A stretch of DNA of 64,000 bases from Candidatus Bathyarchaeia archaeon. Lineage in GTDB: Archaea; Thermoproteota; Bathyarchaeia; Bathyarchaeales; Bathycorpusculaceae. Made by a program: the position numbers and the translations under genes. Positions within the stretch are counted from its first letter, which is position 1; every line of letters starts with the position of its first letter. Below, one piece after another: positions 58,393 to 64,000 of this stretch. The notes under the pieces were generated by a model. The model was given only the letters and a program-made list of their open reading frames with translations. It did no database searches and had not been told where the DNA came from. The stretch lies in contig JAVZNC010000001.1 in NCBI GenBank assembly GCA_038882955.1, forward strand, positions 1-64,000, given 5' to 3'.

Positions 58393-59346
58393 TTGATAAG
58401 AACAGAAGAGATAGTCAAGGGCGTCCTATCTGGCGACAGAAGAAGCATAGCAAAGGCAATAACAATAATTGAAAACAACGAGCCACAGGCAAAAGAAATA
58501 ATTGCCACTATTTATCCGCACACTGGGAAAGCCCACGTGATAGGATTAACGGGTCCAGGTGGTTCTGGCAAAAGCACACTGATAGAAAAGATTGTTTGCG
58601 AGTATAGGCGGATGGGTAGGAAAGTTGGCGTCGTCGCCGTTGACCCTACAAGCCCGTTCACTGGCGGAGCGTTTCTAGGCGACAGAATTAGGATGCAAGA
58701 GTTAAGCACCGACCCGGAAGTCTTCATTAGAAGCATGGCTACACGCAACTATTCTGGCGGAATCGCGAAGGCGACAAGCGACGCCGTGAAAGTCTTGGAT
58801 GCCGCTGGAAAAGACGTGGTTATCGTGGAAACAGTCGGCGCTGGACAATCTGAAGTTGAAATTGTGAAGGTAGCACAAACCATAGTGGTCATACATGCTC
58901 CTGGACTTGGAGACGAGATACAGGCGATAAAGGCTGGTTTGATGGAGATAGCCGACATATTCGTTGTTAACAAGGCTGATAGAGAGAATGCCGACAAAGC
59001 CGTCATCGACATTCAAGCAATGTTACAGTTAAACAATAAGGAAAAAGCTTGGCGAATCCCAATAGTGAAAACAGTTGCGCTCACTGGAGAAGGTGTCCCA
59101 GAGCTAATTGAAAAACTTGAAGAGCACAAAAAATTTTTGGAAACGGAGAAACAGCGCGAAAAAGCCCTGTTAAAGGCTGAAGCGGAACTTGTAGAGGCGA
59201 TTAAGGATAAAGTTGCCCAGTCAATAGTTGAAGAGCTGAAAAAAGAAGGAAAATTTGAGGAACTGCTTGAAAAAATCGTTAAGAAGGAAATAGACCCAGC
59301 ATCAGCCGCTGAAAAGTTTCTTCGAGAAAAGCTGAGGAAGGCGTAA
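58393..59346 (+). CDS. meaB: MeaB/ArgK GTPase chaperone
   Basis: GPGGSGKST, DPTSPFTGGA.LGDRIRM, ETVGAGQSE, NKAD. Confidence 0.93.
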   Translation: MIRTEEIVKGVLSGDRRSIAKAITIIENNEPQAKEIIATIYPHTGKAHVIGLTGPGGSGKSTLIEKIVCEYRRMGRKVGVVAVDPTSPFTGGAFLGDRIRMQELSTDPEVFIRSMATRNYSGGIAKATSDAVKVLDAAGKDVVIVETVGAGQSEVEIVKVAQTIVVIHAPGLGDEIQAIKAGLMEIADIFVVNKADRENADKAVIDIQAMLQLNNKEKAWRIPIVKTVALTGEGVPELIEKLEEHKKFLETEKQREKALLKAEAELVEAIKDKVAQSIVEELKKEGKFEELLEKIVKKEIDPASAAEKFLREKLRKA

Positions 59347-59353
59347 ACCAGAA

Positions 59354-59881
59354 ATGGGCAAGCTTGAGAAGGGACTTGTTCAAGTTTACACTGGGAATGG
59401 GAAGGGCAAAACAACAGCGGCTTTCGGCTTAGCCCTAAGAGCCATAGGAAGAGGCTTAAAAGTTTACGTTATACAGTTCATTAAGGGCGGATTCGATTAT
59501 GGCGAGCTCTACATTGCTGATAAACTGCCAAACCTCACATTGAAAGCCTTTGGGATGGGCAAGTTTATAATGGAAAAGCCTTCCGCGGAGGACATTAAAA
59601 GCGCCGAGGAAGCCTTGTCGCTGGCTGAAGCAGTTGTGAAAAGCGGGGAATACGACATAGTGATTTTGGACGAGATAAATGTTGCATTAAAATTGAAGCT
59701 GATAAGCCTTGAAAGGGTTCTAAAGCTGATAAAAGGCAAGCCGAAACACGTTGAACTGGTGTTGACTGGAAGATACTCTCCAAACGAGATAATAGAAGCA
59801 GCGGACTTGGTCACAGAAATGAGGGAGGTCAAGCACCCATACAATAAGGGGTACCAAGCCAGAAAAGGAATAGAATTTTAA
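59354..59881 (+). CDS. cobO: cob(I)alamin adenosyltransferase (CobO/BtuR)
   Basis: YTGNGKGKTTAA, QFIKG, ILDEI, LTGR, KHPY..G..ARKGIEF. Confidence 0.93.
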   Translation: MGKLEKGLVQVYTGNGKGKTTAAFGLALRAIGRGLKVYVIQFIKGGFDYGELYIADKLPNLTLKAFGMGKFIMEKPSAEDIKSAEEALSLAEAVVKSGEYDIVILDEINVALKLKLISLERVLKLIKGKPKHVELVLTGRYSPNEIIEAADLVTEMREVKHPYNKGYQARKGIEF

Positions 59882-59890
59882 ATATAAGCG

Positions 59891-60487
59891 TTAAAAGCGC
59901 TTTCTCAAAAGTTTTCTAAAAAGGTTAATTCTCTTTTTTGATGTTAGAGCTTGTTGAAATTCTGGCTTGTACGGGTGCATTTCGCTTTCTAGAAGTTCCG
60001 CCAGCCTCGCGTAGTAAGCTTCAAACTCTTTCATATTGTTGCTTTTAAATTTGAATATTGGAACGCCCACTGGTGGCGTCTCCCACCGTTCATCCCAAGT
60101 AGCGACTGGCGTGGCGTCTCCGAAAAGCGCTATATTTCTTTCAATTATGACTTCCCTATCAACGTTGAAGAGAACAACCAAGCGGTTCACATTTTTGACA
60201 TTCGTCATCAGCAAAAAAGCGCGGGTCACGTTATCTGGCGCTGTTGAATCTATGACGACGCTGTAGCCCTTCTTCAACAAGTAATCGCGTAACTGAGCAA
60301 TTATCGAGTAAACGAGAAACTCGTCTCTGCATGGAGGCGCCTCGTTAAAAAGCATTGTTCTTAATTCGTCCACGCCTATCCGCGCAAACTTCTTGTTTTC
60401 CGCAACCAAACGGTTGGCAAGCATGGTCTTTCCAGACTTTGGATAACCACTAAGCACGATGTTCCACAAACCCTTGACAGCGCTCAT
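59891..60487 (-). CDS. P-loop kinase (AAA_33-like)
   Basis: GYPKSGKT, DELR, VVIDST. Confidence 0.8.
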   Translation of the reverse strand: MSAVKGLWNIVLSGYPKSGKTMLANRLVAENKKFARIGVDELRTMLFNEAPPCRDEFLVYSIIAQLRDYLLKKGYSVVIDSTAPDNVTRAFLLMTNVKNVNRLVVLFNVDREVIIERNIALFGDATPVATWDERWETPPVGVPIFKFKSNNMKEFEAYYARLAELLESEMHPYKPEFQQALTSKKRINLFRKLLRKRF

Positions 60488-60567
60488 ACGTATCACCACT
60501 TCAAGTTTACCACTTACATGCAAATAAGAATAACATCATCAGCAAGGTTTTTCTCAAACAAAAACAT

Positions 60568-60903
60568 ATGATTAAATTGGGAAACGAAGTGGCAAACTAC
60601 AGTGTCGGCGAGGCTTTCTCTGCTGGTTTAGGCTTAGCAATGGGCTTAATGATTTCGCAGTCCATGTTCCAAATTATGCAATCATCACAAAGAATCGCCA
60701 AACAAGTCATTATTTGCCTAAAATGCGGCGGAAAAAACCCAGTTGAAAACAAGTTTTGTGGACACTGTGGAAAAGCATTGTATCCGCCAGCGCCAATAAC
60801 TTGTCCATCATGTGGTGCGTTGATGCCGCCGCACATGAATTTTTGTGGAAAATGTGGTTCTCCATTAAAAGAAAAGGTCAAAACAAGAAAAAGGAGAAGC
60901 TAA
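60568..60903 (+). CDS. double zinc-ribbon protein with Gly/Ala helix
   Basis: AGLGLAMG; CLKC..FCGHC; CPSC..FCGKC. Confidence 0.8.
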   Translation: MIKLGNEVANYSVGEAFSAGLGLAMGLMISQSMFQIMQSSQRIAKQVIICLKCGGKNPVENKFCGHCGKALYPPAPITCPSCGALMPPHMNFCGKCGSPLKEKVKTRKRRS

Positions 60904-60910
60904 AAGGGTT

Positions 60911-61981
60911 TTAGGCTAGTTTTTCGCCGCAGTTTCCGCAGAACTTCGTTCCAGCAGGATTCTTCGTGCCACACTTCGGACACGTAACTTCACCAGCTGG
61001 CTGAGTCAGCGGCGAACCGCAGTTCCCACAGAACTTCATTCCAGCTGGATTTTCAGCCTTGCATTTTGGACAAATAACCTTTGCTTGTGGAGCCAAGCTT
61101 GCGCCGCAGTTTCCACAGAACTTCGTTCCAACAGGGTTTTTCGCACCGCAGCTTGGGCATATAACCAACTGTTGCGCTTGAGTTTGCTGCATCTGCTGCG
61201 CCATAATGTATGGCATTGTTAAGCCCATTCCCGCGCCTAATCCCGCTGCGGCTGCGCCTCCGCCTTCGCTTCCCTTGAGTTCCGTGGCTGTTTCTTTCAT
61301 GTACTGCATCACCATAGCTTGGGCGCCCAATCCAGACGCGAAGCGCCTGGCTTCTTCTGGAATCTTTACGCCTTCGAAGACGCAGTCTATCACTTTCAAG
61401 CCTACTCTTGCTGCTTCGTCGCTTATTTTCAGCGTAACCTTATCGGTGGTTGCGTCAACGTTTCGCACAAGGGTGAATATGTCGTAGTTTGCGAACTCGT
61501 TTATTATACGCTCGTTTATGAAGCCCCTAATGTAGTTTTCAACATCCCTAGATGTACTTGCATTTCGGTTTCCAAAGAACTCCATCACGAAAAGCTTCGG
61601 GTCTTCAACCTTGTAGAGCATGTAACCGTAAAATCCAAGCTCCGCTTGATATTTTATGTCTCCGCTTGGAGCGGAATAGGCTGTTCCGCCGAAGTTTGCC
61701 CTAAACTGGCTGTTACTTACAAAAACAACTTCACAATCGAATATGTCGCCTATAATACGAAGCGCCTTCAAGGCGCCAGTCAAAAGCGGAATATTATTAC
61801 TCGTTATTGTGTGTCTTCCAGGACCAAAAACATCATAGGCTTTTCCGTCACGGAAGAAAACTGCCCACTGATTTTCTTTAACTATGACTTGGCTTCCATA
61901 CTTTAAAGTGAGTTTTGGAAACCTGTAGGCTATGTCTTCTGGTCCAGCATAATCCCATGAAACCCTTTCAATAACTGGCAT
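60911..61981 (-). CDS. SPFH-domain (YdjI-like) protein with three C-terminal zinc ribbons
   Basis: GSQVIVKENQWAVFFRDGK..FGPGRHT..NIP; three CPxCGxxNPxGxKFCGNCG units. Confidence 0.88.
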   Translation of the reverse strand: MPVIERVSWDYAGPEDIAYRFPKLTLKYGSQVIVKENQWAVFFRDGKAYDVFGPGRHTITSNNIPLLTGALKALRIIGDIFDCEVVFVSNSQFRANFGGTAYSAPSGDIKYQAELGFYGYMLYKVEDPKLFVMEFFGNRNASTSRDVENYIRGFINERIINEFANYDIFTLVRNVDATTDKVTLKISDEAARVGLKVIDCVFEGVKIPEEARRFASGLGAQAMVMQYMKETATELKGSEGGGAAAAGLGAGMGLTMPYIMAQQMQQTQAQQLVICPSCGAKNPVGTKFCGNCGASLAPQAKVICPKCKAENPAGMKFCGNCGSPLTQPAGEVTCPKCGTKNPAGTKFCGNCGEKLA

Positions 61982-61986
61982 CTAAC

Positions 61987-62514
61987 TTACACCTCCATTG
62001 GTCTAAACTGTTTTTCTCTTTCATCCCATTTAGACTCAAAACCGAGTATTAAGGATTTAATGTTCCTCGCTTTAGATGCGGCTTCAGACCAGTTTTCCGC
62101 TTGGCTATCCTTGTACAGGTCGTTTACAGCGTCAATTATTTTCTGAATTTCGTCGCTTAACGCCTTATCATAATTGAAGACGCGGGCTAGCTCTGTTTCT
62201 CTTATGTGCCCCTTGCGGTCCATAAGCCCAGCATAACCATAGTCAGCGCGGTTGACTTTCTCTGCAACACGATCCATTATCTGTATAACCTTCTTGAAGT
62301 CGTCTGTGGCTTTCCCAGCGTTCAAAGCTGCTAAGTAGATTTCTTCCCATCTGTGGCGCAAACTCCTAAAGTCAGCATAGTAGAAGTCCCGCAGTTTCTT
62401 GTCCAACTCCCTTACGTCTTCTTTAGTCGCGTAGCCCAATCCAAAAATGTTTTGGATTTTCGCGAGCAGCCCCTGCCTATCCTTTACTTTTTCTATGGTT
62501 TCTTTTTCCGACAT
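61987..62514 (-). CDS. helical hypothetical protein associated with the SPFH gene
   Basis: GYATKEDVRELDKKLR, ADYGYAG; tightly linked in the same strand. Confidence 0.75.
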   Translation of the reverse strand: MSEKETIEKVKDRQGLLAKIQNIFGLGYATKEDVRELDKKLRDFYYADFRSLRHRWEEIYLAALNAGKATDDFKKVIQIMDRVAEKVNRADYGYAGLMDRKGHIRETELARVFNYDKALSDEIQKIIDAVNDLYKDSQAENWSEAASKARNIKSLILGFESKWDEREKQFRPMEV

Positions 62515-62531
62515 TTTCTAACTTCCTTATC

Positions 62532-63887
62532 CTATTTGATTTTAAATAGCGGTCTTCCCCCACCTAAAACTTTCCCTTCGCAACCGTCGATGGCAACTAC
62601 GTAGTTTTCGCCGCCCAAAGTGTAATGCACAAACCAGACTGGGGCGTGAACAAGCTCCATTTCGCCCATAACAACATTTGTGTTGCACGCCTCAAGCGTG
62701 TCCACTTTCCCAGAAGCGATCAGCCGCTCTTTTGCTTCGACTTCCGCTTTAATCTTCATTTTGGCTTCCTCCTCATTCAACTCTATGTTTAGGAATTCCG
62801 CATCTGACGGTATCTTTCCAACGTCAAAGGGAATCTTTCGTGCAGCTGGCACATCATAATAGTTTATTTCGCTTATCATTGTCCGCCTAGCCAAAGTCGG
62901 CCAAATATAAGTGTTGGAGAAGGAATACGCCACTGTTTGTGGTCGCCTATCCTTCTGCTGGGTTTCAGCATAGGCTTTTGCTCCAGCAAGAACGAGTTTT
63001 CCAAATTTTGCCAGTCCACTTGAACGTTTATCTGTGACTGCCTCTTGCGCTTGATGAATCTCGCCCATAATTCCAGTTCCAGTAACGCCCCTAAAATAGG
63101 TGTTTGTGGTCGCTTGGCAAACCCAGAATGGCACATAACGCAGCTTCACATCTGTTATGACGGCTTCCTTTGAAACGCCAACCCTGAAAATGCCCTTATC
63201 CATGTACTTCCGCGCTGCTTCAACGGCTTGTTGAGCGAATAGACGGTTCTCCAGCATGCTGTGCCGTTTTATTTCTTCCCTAGTCGCCACAGTCATGGTA
63301 AAGCCACAGTATCTACAAGTCACGACCAAATCCTCATGCGACACACTTAACGGGGCGCCACATCTGCCGCAGTTTGTTGGCAATGGCAGACTTGGCTTGG
63401 GCATTGGTGGCGGTGGCGGCTGAATTTGCTGCGGCTCAGCTACCTCGATTTCTAGGGTTTTGCTTGTTGCGTCCGGTCTACCTTTGACCTCTATAACGCC
63501 TTTAATACTCCATGTAAGTTTGCGGTCAGCCCCCTTATAGGTTAGCCACGCACTTGTTGGAAGCTTAATGCTAATAGGGAAAGCTTGTGTCGATCCCTTT
63601 GCAATGTGGATAGGGCCGCAAACGGTTGGCTTTTCTGCGAAGTGCGTGGTTCTATTCACAACGTCCCTTGTGACCATGCGTTTGCTTGATGAATCGTATT
63701 CGCTTACTCTGGTTCTAATTTCTTCGACGCATTCTATTTCGCATCGTATTCCATCAGCGTCAAAATCTTCTTCCGAATTGACTATGACTTTGCCTTCGAG
63801 GGGTTCGCCTGGGCTGAAACGCCATTTTGCGAGTTCCAGAGAAATTGAGGCTTTTGGCGGGGTTAACTTTTTCTTTAAAAAGGACAA
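62532..63887 (-). CDS. arrestin/Spo0M-like N-domain fused to a YdjG-like zinc-ribbon domain
   Basis: FSPGEPLEGKV, FPISIKLP, WSIKGVI..GRPD; poly-Pro linker; CGRCGAPL..CRYCG, YVPFW, PVW, IDG..GKV. Confidence 0.7.
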   Translation of the reverse strand: MSFLKKKLTPPKASISLELAKWRFSPGEPLEGKVIVNSEEDFDADGIRCEIECVEEIRTRVSEYDSSSKRMVTRDVVNRTTHFAEKPTVCGPIHIAKGSTQAFPISIKLPTSAWLTYKGADRKLTWSIKGVIEVKGRPDATSKTLEIEVAEPQQIQPPPPPMPKPSLPLPTNCGRCGAPLSVSHEDLVVTCRYCGFTMTVATREEIKRHSMLENRLFAQQAVEAARKYMDKGIFRVGVSKEAVITDVKLRYVPFWVCQATTNTYFRGVTGTGIMGEIHQAQEAVTDKRSSGLAKFGKLVLAGAKAYAETQQKDRRPQTVAYSFSNTYIWPTLARRTMISEINYYDVPAARKIPFDVGKIPSDAEFLNIELNEEEAKMKIKAEVEAKERLIASGKVDTLEACNTNVVMGEMELVHAPVWFVHYTLGGENYVVAIDGCEGKVLGGGRPLFKIK

Positions 63888-63944
63888 CAGTGGTCCTCCA
63901 TTCTGTTTATGAAACGTTAATCTAGCGTAAAAGTTTTCCCTTTC

Positions 63945-64000
63945 CTATTTAGTTATTAGCGGGTAAACTTCCTTCTGCACATACTTCAAATAGCGTTCCT
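63945..64000 (-). CDS. 3' end of an upstream gene (partial)
   Basis: ...ERYLKYVQKEVYPLITK* open to the window edge. Confidence 0.4.
   Translation of the reverse strand, partial: ERYLKYVQKEVYPLITK

Noticed and set aside
60925-61160. Tandem DNA repeats
   Set aside because: Explained by three coding zinc-ribbon repeats of the SPFH protein.
1-64000. CRISPR array or rRNA gene
   Set aside because: No regularly spaced direct repeats with spacers and no rRNA-like stretch seen.

Overview
Archaeal chromosomal window, probably TACK/Bathyarchaeia-like. This is inferred from eL13/eL15, Rnp2/Rnp3, archaeal CCA enzyme, deoxyhypusine synthase, a PEF-type sorting signal and the integrase type. The housekeeping backbone carries tRNA-processing genes, dinB, class II HMG-CoA reductase, a PAS kinase/response regulator pair, nrdR-nrdD-nrdG, rpoH, a thiolase/DUF35/type III PKS-like/B12 mutase cluster and an SPFH-zinc ribbon module. 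Two AT-rich islands interrupt it. Island 1 (window start to ~10880) abuts the 3' end of tRNA-Gln(CTG). It holds RHH regulators with repeated operator-like motifs, a TIR-like protein and a wHTH-REase/NurA-like/HerA-like three-gene cluster. Island 2 (~36845-40430) holds an HTH-HTH-HEPN-like module and a tyrosine integrase. The integrase 5' end reads antisense through an unannotated C/D box sRNA whose guides match 23S rRNA (Gm2251 and about U2593, E. coli numbering), suggesting an element that targets a C/D sRNA gene. Other notable items are an RpoH with a eukaryote-like Rpb5 N-terminal domain, an isobutyryl-CoA-mutase signature in the B12 mutase, a Cys-to-Ser type III PKS-like enzyme, a Cys-less thiolase, an arrestin-like/YdjG-like fusion and a candidate eL15 r-leader. 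All assignments come from motif recognition by eye; no searches were run. No CRISPR array or rRNA gene was seen.
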